Positions 42,026-52,512 are shown, numbered from the stretch's first letter. The stretch is DNA of 64,000 bases from Bacteroidetes bacterium RIFCSPLOWO2_12_FULL_35_15 (GCA_001769385.1 MEPB01000037.1:12241-76240); one strand, 5' to 3'. Notes: generated by a model from the letters alone, not told the origin. A program made the numbers and translations.

Positions 42026-45000
42026 CTAAAAATAAGCCCTCACTTGCGCACCACCTGTATGAATAATTTTTGTGCCTTCTGATTTACGTCCATCATACGT
42101 AATACTCAATTGCATATTGTTTGATAAATTACGCTGGTAAGCTAAGCCCCAGGTAATATTTTCTCCTGCTTTTAAGGCATCTAACATTTCAAAAGCGAGG
42201 GAGGTATTTTGACTTCCATTAAATTTAATTTGAATAAAATTGGCTTTTAAATTTAAACTTCCTTTTTGTAAAACATTGTATTTGATTTCAGCACCATAAT
42301 CTTGCAATATGGCAGTTTGTCCGCCAAATTCAGCTTTATTTTTTTTATCGGTGTATTTAAAAGAAACACTTACGCGGAAAGAAGTGTTGGGTTGATAACT
42401 AAATTTTGGCTCCAATTCATAATAGGAGATAGCATAATCTCTTGTGTTGAAATATGCTGATTTGCTTGATTTAACACCATTCTTGCCATCTAAGATCCAC
42501 GTTAATTGTTGCACAATGTTCCAACGTAAATGTGCTTCTTCATACGTGTTTTGGTGGGTGTCAAAGCCATTCACCAATAAAATTTTATTCCGGACATCCT
42601 GATAAGAAATATCAAGACCAAATACGGAGCTTAACTGGTTGATGAATAATGTATTTCTGAATGAAGAACTGAGTGTAATTAATGTGCTGTCATTTGTTTC
42701 TGATAAAAACGGATTGTATGCTTTTGTGAGATCGTCTTCATTTGATTTCCGATCCACACGATACGTTGTTTGATTTGCAAATCGGGAAATAAATTTCCGG
42801 AATCCTGTTTTAGTTGCCCATAATGCGGATGGTTTTAACATCAGCATTTCAGAAAACTGATTGCTATACGTTTTTACATAATCACTGGTAGGCGTGTAAA
42901 CTTTAATATAAATTGCCTGATCTTGAAAAGCTGCTATTTCAAACTCGTTTAATTCTTTTATTCCATTGTTGTTATAATCATTCCATGTGTAAACACCTTG
43001 TCCGGGTGCGACAGCAATGTACGAGAATTCTTTTTTTACTTCCAACCCCGAACCAATTTCATAAAAAGTATTGGAGTAAATTATTCCTTTCCATAATTTA
43101 AAATTGTATTCAATTCTTGAAACTAAGGAGTTGTCTGTTAAAGCAGAATCTCCAATTTTTAATCTTCGATAAGCAGCATTTATTTTTAATTGATTGTTTG
43201 GATTTTTAAGAAGTTCTAAAAAGGCGCCATAATTTTCAGCAAATGCGGCTTCATTTAATTTGGGTTTCCCGGAATTGTTTTTCACATTATAATCTGTTCG
43301 TTGCTTGTAATTTATTCCATAATGATTTTTTGTAGAATCTGAATTTTGTGCATACGCTTGCCATTCCCAGAATTGATAACTGTTGGAGAGGATTGAATCT
43401 TTATTGTTTAAGGCGAATTTGTTTTGCTCAAACTCATCTTTTAATCCAAGAGTCAGCCATTTTATTTTTTGAGAAACGCCACTTTTGTGCCTGTAAAAAT
43501 TAGTGTTGGTAGTGCTAGCTGAATTTAATAAACTTCCATCGTATAAAATTGCAACCCCTTTAACAGCAAGGTTAATGTTGGCATTGTGTTTTGTTGCATT
43601 GTATCTTGTTCCTTCCAAAAGCGCATTGAATCTGTATATTGCTGCTCCAATTTCTTTTTTAGACACACCTATAGCAGCTCCTACAACATGTTGATCATCA
43701 GCAAGAGTCGTGTTTCCACGATTCCAGTCTCTTTCAAATTCGATGCTACGGTAACGTTCGACCGGAGAAAAGTATTTCTGAACATATTCGTAATTTAAAT
43801 TAGTAAGCAGTGTAAGTGGACTATAGGTTGAGTCTTTCGCTTTAGTTCGGTTAAACGGGGAAGCATTATCAAAATTCATTTTCAAAGCATAACCAACATC
43901 ATCATTGCTATTCGCAGATGAAAATGTATTAATATCATTATTGCTCGCAGCAGCTTCTATTGATAATTTGCTGTATTTGTTGAATAAATAGTCAGCACCA
44001 ACGGTGAGCATTTGTTTTTTCTTAGGTGCTATCAATTGGATCACAGGCTCGTAGCTCCCGTGTAGCGTATCGCCCGTTATACTTGGTGCAACCCACTGAA
44101 AAACTTTTCCGTTTGCACTTGAAGTAATTTGATTGTAATGGCCTTTTCCTACTCCAACATTACTGAAGGTGACACGAAAATGAGCGGTGCTATCCGTCCT
44201 GTAAACAAAAATATTCTTATAGATAGTTGCTCCAATTAAGGTATCTTTTTTTTGATATAATACTTCACTGTTCGAAAAAGGGATACTGTCATAGCTTGGA
44301 CTGATAGCAAGTGATAAAGTATCGCCAACATCAGATAATATTTTTTTCTGAGCTGTTGTCAGATCTTGTTGCAAGGGTTGGTTTTTGCTGTCTTGTTCAG
44401 AATATACATTTACATGTAATTTTAATTTCCCTTGTTCATAATCATTTCCAAAATGCACCAGGGAACGTGCATAATTTTTATCGGAATATTGAAATTCCAC
44501 AACAATGCGTTTATCTTTTGTGATAAGTTGTTTAGCTGTAAATGTAAGTTCTGAAGTATTATAATTAATTACATAATCATTCTCTTGCCCTCTGTCCATA
44601 AGTCGTCCATCGACATACACTTTTTCTGTTCCGGATAATACACTGATGTACGTTTCGTTTTCTGCGCCATGTAATCGATAGGGTCCTTGATTACTCTCCA
44701 CACCTTGAATTTGATTTCGTGCAAATTTTCCTCTCGAAACTGCCGCACTCAAACTGGTTTTGTAAAGTCCTTGTTTGGAAATATCTTTATTACTTCCATT
44801 AATTTTTTGTGTCGTTGAAAAACTTACTCCTTGTGCTTTTTTATTGAAATTCATAAAATAAGACCTGGGCCGGGTCAATTGAAAATCACCTGCAATCAAT
44901 TTTGTATTCATAGTTGATAATTGAATAAATACTTTATCAAACTCTTGCAATTGCTGAGTATTTCCTTCGGGTTGAATAGGAATATTATTATCTGTTGCCG

Positions 45001-45550
45001 CTAATAATATATCAATATTATTACTCAAATGTCCGGATAGTTGCAAATTTAAATTTGAATTTACTACTACATCCTGATTATTTCCAAACGAAATTCCACG
45101 CGAAATACTTCCGCTTTTATTCAAACCATCCATTTTAAATATGTCATCATTTTTTGATTCGATATTATAACTGAAAGGGTTAGTTTTTCCGAATAAATCT
45201 GCCTTTATTCGGTTTACATCTTTATGTTTTGTTTCTTGTGAAAATAGATAGGGAAATGTTTTGTAGGAAGAAAAAATAATATCTGCTTTTATATTTTCTT
45301 CAAGTAATTTTTTTCGATTTAAAATGACCAACCCCTCTGCATAATTTATTTTATAATAGGAGGTATCAAGTAAAGTTCCATTTATGGTGGAAAGTTTTAT
45401 TGAACCCGGAACAATACTTAAGGAGTCGAGTTTAACAGTATCAGAAATTACCGAAAAGGATTTAGTTCGATTATTGACGGTGTTTTGCGCAAATCCGCCA
45501 ATACACATAAATAGTATAGCTAAGAGCAATATTTTTTTTCGAACCATCAC
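42026..45550 (-). CDS. large outer-membrane beta-barrel-like protein of unknown function
   Basis: Signal peptide, amphipathic beta strands, C-terminal VRAYF; SGSISRGISFGNNQD..IPIQPEGNTQQLQEFD N-terminal block. Confidence 0.7.
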   Translation of the reverse strand: MMVRKKILLLAILFMCIGGFAQNTVNNRTKSFSVISDTVKLDSLSIVPGSIKLSTINGTLLDTSYYKINYAEGLVILNRKKLLEENIKADIIFSSYKTFPYLFSQETKHKDVNRIKADLFGKTNPFSYNIESKNDDIFKMDGLNKSGSISRGISFGNNQDVVVNSNLNLQLSGHLSNNIDILLAATDNNIPIQPEGNTQQLQEFDKVFIQLSTMNTKLIAGDFQLTRPRSYFMNFNKKAQGVSFSTTQKINGSNKDISKQGLYKTSLSAAVSRGKFARNQIQGVESNQGPYRLHGAENETYISVLSGTEKVYVDGRLMDRGQENDYVINYNTSELTFTAKQLITKDKRIVVEFQYSDKNYARSLVHFGNDYEQGKLKLHVNVYSEQDSKNQPLQQDLTTAQKKILSDVGDTLSLAISPSYDSIPFSNSEVLYQKKDTLIGATIYKNIFVYRTDSTAHFRVTFSNVGVGKGHYNQITSSANGKVFQWVAPSITGDTLHGSYEPVIQLIAPKKKQMLTVGADYLFNKYSKLSIEAAASNNDINTFSSANSNDDVGYALKMNFDNASPFNRTKAKDSTYSPLTLLTNLNYEYVQKYFSPVERYRSIEFERDWNRGNTTLADDQHVVGAAIGVSKKEIGAAIYRFNALLEGTRYNATKHNANINLAVKGVAILYDGSLLNSASTTNTNFYRHKSGVSQKIKWLTLGLKDEFEQNKFALNNKDSILSNSYQFWEWQAYAQNSDSTKNHYGINYKQRTDYNVKNNSGKPKLNEAAFAENYGAFLELLKNPNNQLKINAAYRRLKIGDSALTDNSLVSRIEYNFKLWKGIIYSNTFYEIGSGLEVKKEFSYIAVAPGQGVYTWNDYNNNGIKELNEFEIAAFQDQAIYIKVYTPTSDYVKTYSNQFSEMLMLKPSALWATKTGFRKFISRFANQTTYRVDRKSNEDDLTKAYNPFLSETNDSTLITLSSSFRNTLFINQLSSVFGLDISYQDVRNKILLVNGFDTHQNTYEEAHLRWNIVQQLTWILDGKNGVKSSKSAYFNTRDYAISYYELEPKFSYQPNTSFRVSVSFKYTDKKNKAEFGGQTAILQDYGAEIKYNVLQKGSLNLKANFIQIKFNGSQNTSLAFEMLDALKAGENITWGLAYQRNLSNNMQLSITYDGRKSEGTKIIHTGGAQVRAYF

Positions 45551-45585
45551 AGATTTAAAAGTACTAATTATACCGAAACAAAATA

Positions 45586-45617
45586 CCCGAACGAATGAAC
45601 GAATTCATTCGTTCGGG
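45586..45617. repeat. REP-like perfect palindrome in a divergent intergenic region
   Basis: cccgaacgaatgaa-cgaa-ttcattcgttcggg, 14-bp arms. Confidence 0.7.
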
Positions 45618-45770
45618 AGGTGGTTTCAGAAAATGAACTTGTGTTAACCCAGACTATACAAATATCGATCACATAATCTTTTCGGAACCACCATAAATAA
45701 AACATCTTTGATATAGGTTCATAACAAATGCATTTTATACATTTGTTGCACCTAATTAATACGCAAAAAA

Positions 45771-46538
45771 ATGACAAAAATTATAACATACAATCTAAAT
45801 GGTATTCGTTCTGCAATGAGCAAAGGATTAATGGAATGGTTAAAAGCCGCTGATCCGGATATTTTATGTGTTCAGGAATTAAAAGCAGAACCGGGACAAT
45901 TGGATGTAAGCATTTTTGAAGAAGCCGGTTATCATCATTTTTGGTTTCCTGCGCAAAAGAAAGGATACAGTGGAGTGGCTATTTTTACCAAACAAAAACC
46001 GGATCATGTTCAATATGGTTGTGGTATCGAAAAATACGATTTTGAAGGCCGTGTTATCCGCGCTGATTATGGTGATGTATCTGTATTGAGCGTTTATCAC
46101 CCCAGCGGTAGCAGTGGTGAGGAAAGGCAGGCATTCAAGATGCAATGGCTGGAAGATTTTGAAAATTATATTATTAAATTAAAAAAGGAGCGGCAAAAAC
46201 TAATTATCTGTGGCGATTACAACATTTGCCATCAACCGATCGATATTCATAATCCTAAAAGTAATGCGAACAGCAGTGGTTTTTTGCCCGAAGAGCGGGA
46301 CTGGATCGATAAATTCATGAAATCGGGGTTTGTAGATAGTTTCCGGCATTTTAATAAAGAGCCACATAATTACAGTTGGTGGAGTTTTAGAGCGAATGCC
46401 CGTGCAAAAAATTTGGGTTGGCGTATTGATTACAATTTGGTTAGTTCTAATCTGGAGTCAAAAATGAAGCGGGTGGCTATATTGCCGGAAGCAAAACATT
46501 CAGATCATTGTCCTGTAGTTCTGGAGATAGATTTATAA
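45771..46538 (+). CDS. xth: exodeoxyribonuclease III
   Basis: YNLNGIRS, QELKA, KKGYSGVA, GDYNICH, GWRIDY, SDHCPV; -7 box TACATTTG at 45738..45745. Confidence 0.95.
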   Translation: MTKIITYNLNGIRSAMSKGLMEWLKAADPDILCVQELKAEPGQLDVSIFEEAGYHHFWFPAQKKGYSGVAIFTKQKPDHVQYGCGIEKYDFEGRVIRADYGDVSVLSVYHPSGSSGEERQAFKMQWLEDFENYIIKLKKERQKLIICGDYNICHQPIDIHNPKSNANSSGFLPEERDWIDKFMKSGFVDSFRHFNKEPHNYSWWSFRANARAKNLGWRIDYNLVSSNLESKMKRVAILPEAKHSDHCPVVLEIDL

Positions 46539-46647
46539 AAAAACGCTATAAATACCTCAAAGAACTTTTTCTTGTTATTTTTAAAGAAATTTACAGATAT
46601 TCTATATATTTGTGCTTCTTGAAATAAATAAAATATATCTTTCAAAT

Positions 46648-48399
46648 ATGAAAAAAGTAATTTATTCATTATTGGTTGTTGGTTTTTTGTCATCTTGTGG
46701 TGGCGGAAATAACACTACAGGTGAATCTCGTAAAGCCAACGGAGGCGTATATTACGGAGGTGTTTTTAGAATGAATGAAGTAGAGGATTTTCGTAACCTT
46801 TTTCCTTTAAACATTACTGAAGTAACTTCACATCGTATCGCAAATCAGGTTTATGAAGGCTTGGTTAAGCTTTCGCAGGATGATTTAACGATTTTAGCCT
46901 CTTTAGCTGAAAAATGGGAAAAAAATGCTGATGCATCACAATGGACATTTCATATTCGTAAAGGTGTAAAATTCCATGATGACCCTTGTTTTTCTGATGG
47001 AAAAGGCAGAGAAGTTACGGCAAAAGATTTTAAATATTGTTTCGACCGACTTTGCACTTCAAGTCCTGAAAATCAGCAGTTTAATGGCTCATTTAAGGAT
47101 CGGGTAGTGGGCGCTAATGAATATTACCAATCTACGATTGATAAAAAACCTTTAGCAGGAGGTGTTTCAGGAGTTAAGGTAATTGATGATTATACAATTG
47201 AAATTGATCTGATTCATTCATTTGCCGGATTTCTTAATATTTTGAGTACTCCCGGTTGTTGGGTATATCCACAAGAAGCACAAGAAAAGTATGGAGTTGA
47301 TATGCGTGTAAAATGTGTTGGTACGGGTGCTTTTCAAGTGAAAAACATAAAAGAAGGAGACAATGTTATTTTAGAAAGAAATCCTAATTATTGGAATGTT
47401 GATGAATTTGGAAATCAACTACCTTACTTAGATGCAATAAAGTTTACGTTCATCAAAGAAAAAAAAGCTGCATTGTTAGAATTTAAACGCGGAAATCTTG
47501 ATATGATGTTCAGTTTACCGATCGAAATGATTCCCGATATTTTAGGAGAACTGGATCATGCAAAAGAAGGAAATACTCCTTTCGAAATGCAGGTAGTACC
47601 CGCTATGAGCACATTCTATTTAGGTTTTCAGAATCAAGGGGAAATATTCAATAAAAAAGAAGTTCGTTTAGCATTTAACTATGCTATCGATCGCGAAAAA
47701 ATTGTTAATTACACGCTGCAAGGTGAAGGAATCCCGGGGATTTATGGTATCGTACCTCCTTCATTTAAGGAATATGACATCAAACGTTTAAAAGGGTTCT
47801 CATTTGATGTGGATAAAGCTCGTAAATACATGGCTGCAGCAGGTTATCCTGATGGGAATGGTTTTCCAAAATTAACATTGCAAATAAATAGTGGTGGCGG
47901 GGATAGAAATATTCAAACAGCTGAAGTAATTCAAAAAATGTTAAAAGAGAATCTTAACATTGATGTGGAAATAAATGTGATGCCTTTTGCAGAACATCTG
48001 GAGAGTTTAGAAACTGGCAAGGCTCAGTTTTGGAGATCTGCCTGGGTAGCAGATTATCCGGATCCTGAAACTTTTTTATCTTTATTATATGGTAAAAATG
48101 TTCCTGAAAAAATAACAGATAAATCCTATTTAAATTCGGTTCGTTATAAAAGTGCCAAATTTGATTCGTTATTTTCCGCTGCATTAAGAGAGGTGGATGA
48201 CAAAAAACGTTTTGATTTATATCTTCAGGCAGACCAGGTTGCAATTGATGACGCAGCAATTATGCCTGTTTTTTATGATGAAAATTATCGATTAATTCAA
48301 ACCAATGTTAAAAATTTTACCGCCAATGCAATGGAATACAGAGATTTGTCTCATGTGTATTTTGAATCAAAAGAAGCAAAAGCAGAATCTAAAAAATAA
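46648..48399 (+). CDS. ABC transporter substrate-binding lipoprotein (family 5, OppA/DppA-like)
   Basis: Lipobox LSSC; VYEGLV, WTFHIRKGVKFHDD, VGTGAF, WVADYPDPE; -7 box at 46605..46612 supports ATG 46648. Confidence 0.9.
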   Translation: MKKVIYSLLVVGFLSSCGGGNNTTGESRKANGGVYYGGVFRMNEVEDFRNLFPLNITEVTSHRIANQVYEGLVKLSQDDLTILASLAEKWEKNADASQWTFHIRKGVKFHDDPCFSDGKGREVTAKDFKYCFDRLCTSSPENQQFNGSFKDRVVGANEYYQSTIDKKPLAGGVSGVKVIDDYTIEIDLIHSFAGFLNILSTPGCWVYPQEAQEKYGVDMRVKCVGTGAFQVKNIKEGDNVILERNPNYWNVDEFGNQLPYLDAIKFTFIKEKKAALLEFKRGNLDMMFSLPIEMIPDILGELDHAKEGNTPFEMQVVPAMSTFYLGFQNQGEIFNKKEVRLAFNYAIDREKIVNYTLQGEGIPGIYGIVPPSFKEYDIKRLKGFSFDVDKARKYMAAAGYPDGNGFPKLTLQINSGGGDRNIQTAEVIQKMLKENLNIDVEINVMPFAEHLESLETGKAQFWRSAWVADYPDPETFLSLLYGKNVPEKITDKSYLNSVRYKSAKFDSLFSAALREVDDKKRFDLYLQADQVAIDDAAIMPVFYDENYRLIQTNVKNFTANAMEYRDLSHVYFESKEAKAESKK

Positions 48400-48419
48400 A
48401 AAAATTACAGAATAAGTAT

Positions 48420-48454
48420 AAAAACCATTCTTCAAAAGAGGAGTGGTTTTTTTT
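48420..48454 (+). terminator. intrinsic terminator
   Basis: aaaaccattcttc / gaggagtggtttt (with G-U pairs) followed by T run. Confidence 0.75.
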
Positions 48455-48571
48455 GTTTCATAATTATTAACAAAATGCAGGTGTTGATTTGTGCATAAAG
48501 TTTCTTTAGGATCCTAAAACCAGCGTACATTTTTAATAATATTGTACTGATAATCATAAATAATTTTACAA

Positions 48572-49579
48572 ATGAAAAACGGCATAAAGTATTTTACAGT
48601 TTTGTTGTTAAGCACTGCACTATTTTCATGTGTACCTCAGCGCAAACTCGAAGAGGAACAAGCAAAACGTGACAATTGTGAAAAAGAGCTTGCAGCTTTA
48701 AAAACAAGCAGTCAGGGTTGCGATACAAAGTTGAATGAAGCCACAACCAAATTAATTGAAGGAGAAAAAATAGTAGCAGGCTTAAAAAAAGATACATCTA
48801 TTACCGGGACAAGCTATCGAAATCTAACAGCAAAATATGATAAATTAAATCAGATCAATGAACAATTGCTGGATAAATACAATCGTTTGCTGGAGGGGAA
48901 TTTAGCAGATACTAAAAAAATTTCCGGGGAACTGCAAGGAACTCAGGAACAGCTTTTGAAAAAGCAGGATGAACTTAAACAACTCGAGGCACAATTAAAT
49001 GTTCAAAAGAAAAACTTAGATGCACTTACTGCTGAATTGCAAAAGCGCGAGGCACGTGTTGCCGAATTAGAAGGAGTGTTGAAAAAGAAGGATGAGGCGG
49101 TAAATGATTTAAAGAAAAAACTTTCTGACGCATTATTTGGCTTTGAGGGAAAGGGCCTGACAATTACCCAGAAAAACGGAAAAGTGTATGTTTCTATGGA
49201 AGAAAGTTTACTATTTGCTTCCGGAAGCACTACCGTTGAAACAAAAGGGGTGGATGCGTTAAAGAAAGTAGCAAAAGTGTTGGAGCAAAATACAGATATC
49301 AATATTTTAATTGAAGGTCATACGGATGATGTTCCAATGATAGGAAAAGGGGATATAAAAGATAATTGGGATCTAAGCGTAATGCGGGCAACTTCAATTG
49401 TAAAAATTATTACTAAAAACAGTACAGTTGATCCTAGGCGACTAACTGCTGCCGGAAGAGGTGAATATTTCCCTATCGACCCTGTTAAAACAACAGATGC
49501 AAGGAAAAAAAACAGGAGAACAGAAATTATTTTGACTCCCAAATTGGATGAACTTTTCAAAGTTCTTGAAACAAACTAA
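48572..49579 (+). CDS. OmpA/MotB-family peptidoglycan-binding lipoprotein with coiled coil
   Basis: Lipobox LFSC, long coiled coil, LLFASGS, IEGHTD, NWDLSVMRA, NRRTEII. Confidence 0.88.
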   Translation: MKNGIKYFTVLLLSTALFSCVPQRKLEEEQAKRDNCEKELAALKTSSQGCDTKLNEATTKLIEGEKIVAGLKKDTSITGTSYRNLTAKYDKLNQINEQLLDKYNRLLEGNLADTKKISGELQGTQEQLLKKQDELKQLEAQLNVQKKNLDALTAELQKREARVAELEGVLKKKDEAVNDLKKKLSDALFGFEGKGLTITQKNGKVYVSMEESLLFASGSTTVETKGVDALKKVAKVLEQNTDINILIEGHTDDVPMIGKGDIKDNWDLSVMRATSIVKIITKNSTVDPRRLTAAGRGEYFPIDPVKTTDARKKNRRTEIILTPKLDELFKVLETN

Positions 49580-49598
49580 AAATTATTTTTTTTATCTC

Positions 49599-49634
49599 AA
49601 GAGCTGAAGCAATAAAAACTTCAGCTCTTTTTTT
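49599..49634 (+). terminator. intrinsic terminator
   Basis: aagagctgaag / cttcagctctt followed by T run. Confidence 0.8.
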
Positions 49635-49700
49635 GAAAAATTTTCAGACTTTGTATCTTTTTGAAAAAATTACGTTAAAAACATAACAAATAAAAAGAAA

Positions 49701-51431
49701 ATGAAAAAATGGATTCTTTTATTATTAATTACAACTATCGGTAATAGTGTGTTTTCACAACTTGTTACAGAATATTGGGATGTTGCTCAAACGAAAAAGA
49801 AAAGTGAACAACAAATGAAAAATGGTATGCAAGATGGAAAATTTGTTGCTTGGTTTGAAAACGGTGACATAGCCAGAGAAGGAGCTTTTGTGGAAGGAAA
49901 AGAGAATGGAAAATTTAGTTCGTTTTATCCCGGTAAAAAAGTTAAAGCGGAGGAAAATTATTCAAACGGGAAAAAGAACGGAACATGGAAATATTGGTAT
50001 ATAAATGGAAATAAAGCACAAGAAAATTTTTTTAAAAATGATCAACCGGACAGTACCTGGACCGGATGGTATGAAAGCGGGAAGCTAAAAAGTTCAGAAA
50101 GCTATAAAAACGGGAAAAAAGAGGGCACCTGGACTTATTATTATGAAAACGGACAAAAAGAAAGTGAAGGTAGTTTTAAAAATAATTTTGCAGAAGGTTT
50201 GTATTCCGCTTGGTATTCAAATAATGTAAAGCAACAGGAAGGACAATTTAAAAACGGAAAAAAAACCGGGCTGTGGAGGGATTGGTTTAAAAATGAAAAG
50301 CCAAAGCAAGAATTGCTCTATGAAAACAATGAAGCATTATTAATGAATTTATGGTTAGAAACAGGAGAGCACATTGTAATCAATGGAAATGGAAAATTTA
50401 CTATGGTTTATGATAATGGCACAAAAAAAGGGGAAGGATATTATAAAGATGGTCGCTTAGATGGAGATTGGTTGTTTTACGCTCCTTCCGGTGAAAAGGA
50501 TTATCAGGTTACCTACCAAAAAGGAAAAAAAAACGGGCCATGTATCAATTGGTTTAAAAATGGAAAAGTAAAAAGTGAAGGGCCTTTTCTGGATGACAAA
50601 AAAAATGGAACATGGAAATGGTATAATGAGAATGGAAAACAGGTGATGGAAGGCTTATTAAAGGATGATTTACGAACCGGAAAATGGATGTACTGGTTTG
50701 AAACCGGTATTAAGGAATCAGAAGGTTTTTATAAAAATGATTTACAAGACAGTATTTGGAAATATAATTATAAAGATGGTTCAAAATGGAAAGAAGGAAA
50801 ATTTAAAAATGGTTTGAAGGAAGGGTTTTGGACAATTTGGTTTGAAAGCGGGCAAAAACTTCAGGAAGGAAATTATGTTTCCGGAAAAGAAGAAGGAGTT
50901 TGGTTCTCTTGGTATGACAATGGAATAAAAAAAGATGAAGGAAGTTTTAAATCAGGGAAAATGGATGGAACATGGAAAGGTTGGTTTCCCAATAATAATC
51001 CAAACTATACAGGCTACTATAAAGATGAACTAAAAGATGGAGCATGGAAATATTATTTTGATTCGGGAAAAATAAAAGAAGAAGGCGGCTATAAAAAAGG
51101 CAAAAAAGATGGGCATTGGATATTCTGGACGCCCTTTGGTTTTAAAGATAGCGAAGGAAATTACAAAGAGGAAAAACCTGATGGTCTTTGGACCTATTAT
51201 TTTGAAACCGGTGGAAAATCCATGGAGCAGAGGTTTAGCGATGGAAAATTAAATGGAGATTGCAGCTCTTGGTATGAAAATGGAAAATTAAAAAGTAAGA
51301 CTTCTTATACTTTGGTAAAAGATAAAAATGGCCGGGTTGAAAGTAAGCCTAATGGGGAATGGCTGTATTATGACGAAAATGGTAATGTTATGATGCAGAC
51401 AACCTATAAAAAAGGAATTAAAGTAAAATAA
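49701..51431 (+). CDS. MORN-variant (YwqK-like) repeat exported protein
   Basis: Signal peptide; about 20 G.W..WY.NG.K..EG.FK repeats. Confidence 0.82.
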   Translation: MKKWILLLLITTIGNSVFSQLVTEYWDVAQTKKKSEQQMKNGMQDGKFVAWFENGDIAREGAFVEGKENGKFSSFYPGKKVKAEENYSNGKKNGTWKYWYINGNKAQENFFKNDQPDSTWTGWYESGKLKSSESYKNGKKEGTWTYYYENGQKESEGSFKNNFAEGLYSAWYSNNVKQQEGQFKNGKKTGLWRDWFKNEKPKQELLYENNEALLMNLWLETGEHIVINGNGKFTMVYDNGTKKGEGYYKDGRLDGDWLFYAPSGEKDYQVTYQKGKKNGPCINWFKNGKVKSEGPFLDDKKNGTWKWYNENGKQVMEGLLKDDLRTGKWMYWFETGIKESEGFYKNDLQDSIWKYNYKDGSKWKEGKFKNGLKEGFWTIWFESGQKLQEGNYVSGKEEGVWFSWYDNGIKKDEGSFKSGKMDGTWKGWFPNNNPNYTGYYKDELKDGAWKYYFDSGKIKEEGGYKKGKKDGHWIFWTPFGFKDSEGNYKEEKPDGLWTYYFETGGKSMEQRFSDGKLNGDCSSWYENGKLKSKTSYTLVKDKNGRVESKPNGEWLYYDENGNVMMQTTYKKGIKVK

Positions 51432-51446
51432 CTTTTGAATGCTCTC

Positions 51447-51806
51447 TTATCTTCGGGCTCTGGTTACTTTTGGCCTTCTTCGAGGGTCGTGTGGATGTTT
51501 TATGTAATGGCGATGGTGATTTGTTTCAACCACAACTTTTTTGTTTTTTCTTGCATAAACAGTGCTAAACCATGCAATGCCTATTACAAATGCCAAACCT
51601 AAAAACATATACAGGTAACTCATTTTTTCCTGAAAGGCTTGATGCTCCTGCTCTGCTTTTATCTGTGCCAAAGAGTTTTTAATGTTACTTACATCTTGTG
51701 CAAAAGAATTAATACTTAATAAAACCGTTGATAAGAAAAATAAGGCACAAGATTTCCAATAAGTTTTTCTTTCTTTTCCTGCGGATTTTTTTGTTAAAGT
51801 TTTCAT
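51447..51806 (-). CDS. hypothetical membrane protein with His/Arg-rich C-terminal tail
   Basis: Signal-like segment ending SFAQ, second hydrophobic helix, tail NHHRHYIKHPHDPRRRPKVTRARR. Confidence 0.65.
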   Translation of the reverse strand: MKTLTKKSAGKERKTYWKSCALFFLSTVLLSINSFAQDVSNIKNSLAQIKAEQEHQAFQEKMSYLYMFLGLAFVIGIAWFSTVYARKNKKVVVETNHHRHYIKHPHDPRRRPKVTRARR

Positions 51807-51939
51807 AATCGTTTAATAAAATGAAACATTTTTTTGATTGCTATAAAGAAATATTCCATAAAAGTACAAAAAATGTCGATAAGCAACCATTTTTTTTCTA
51901 TTAATACGTAATTGGGGTTCAGAAAGTTGCGAAAAAATA

Positions 51940-51971
51940 TTTGGTAATTTGTAAATATTGACGTACATTTG
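51940..51971 (+). promoter_or_regulatory. Bacteroidota housekeeping promoter of rimP-nusA-infB
   Basis: TTTG (51940..51943), 20-nt spacer, TACATTTG (51964..51971). Confidence 0.7.
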
Positions 51972-51996
51972 CATCTGTAATAGAAGAATAATTTAT

Positions 51997-52025
51997 AGAG
52001 GGGACCATTGTCCCCTCTTTCTTTT
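51997..52025 (+). promoter_or_regulatory. rimP leader terminator/attenuator hairpin
   Basis: agaggggac-catt-gtcccctct followed by ttctttt, between promoter and rimP ATG. Confidence 0.7.
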
Positions 52026-52036
52026 GCCTCATTGAT

Positions 52037-52501
52037 ATGATTACTGTTGAAAAAATCAAAAAATTAGCAGACGCTAAAATTGCCGAAGGGACTAATTTTA
52101 TTGTTGATATTAGCGTTAAGCCGGGTAATAAAATTATCGTTCTGTTAGATAATGATCATGGGATTTCTGTTGTTGATTGCGTAGAAATGAGCCGTCACAT
52201 TGAGTTTAGTTTAGACAGAGAATCAGAAGATTTTGAATTGAATGTTATGTCCCCTGGACTTACAGAGCCTTTTAAAATTTTACGGCAGTATCAAAAAAAT
52301 ATTGGCAAATATGTAGATATCACAACCAAAGAAAATAAAAAAATATCGGGAAAATTAATTTCAGTAGATGAAACAGCCATACTTCTTGAAACCAAAACAA
52401 AAGAAAAAGTAGAGGGTAAAAAAGGAAAACAACAAATTATCAATAATATCAATTTAACATTTAATCAAATCAAAGAAACAAAAATTGTAATATCATTTTA
52501 A
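52037..52501 (+). CDS. rimP: ribosome maturation factor RimP
   Basis: DCVEMSR, DFELNVMSPGL..P..RQY.KNIG; first gene of rimP-nusA-infB. Confidence 0.93.
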   Translation: MITVEKIKKLADAKIAEGTNFIVDISVKPGNKIIVLLDNDHGISVVDCVEMSRHIEFSLDRESEDFELNVMSPGLTEPFKILRQYQKNIGKYVDITTKENKKISGKLISVDETAILLETKTKEKVEGKKGKQQIINNINLTFNQIKETKIVISF

Positions 52502-52512
52502 TACTAAAAAAA

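Noticed and set aside
45568..45777. Small ORFs in the intergenic region before xth
   Set aside because: They run through the palindrome and promoter, with no coding features
48572..49579. Flagellar motor MotB
   Set aside because: Lipoprotein without the MotB TM Asp motif; no motA or flagellar genes nearby
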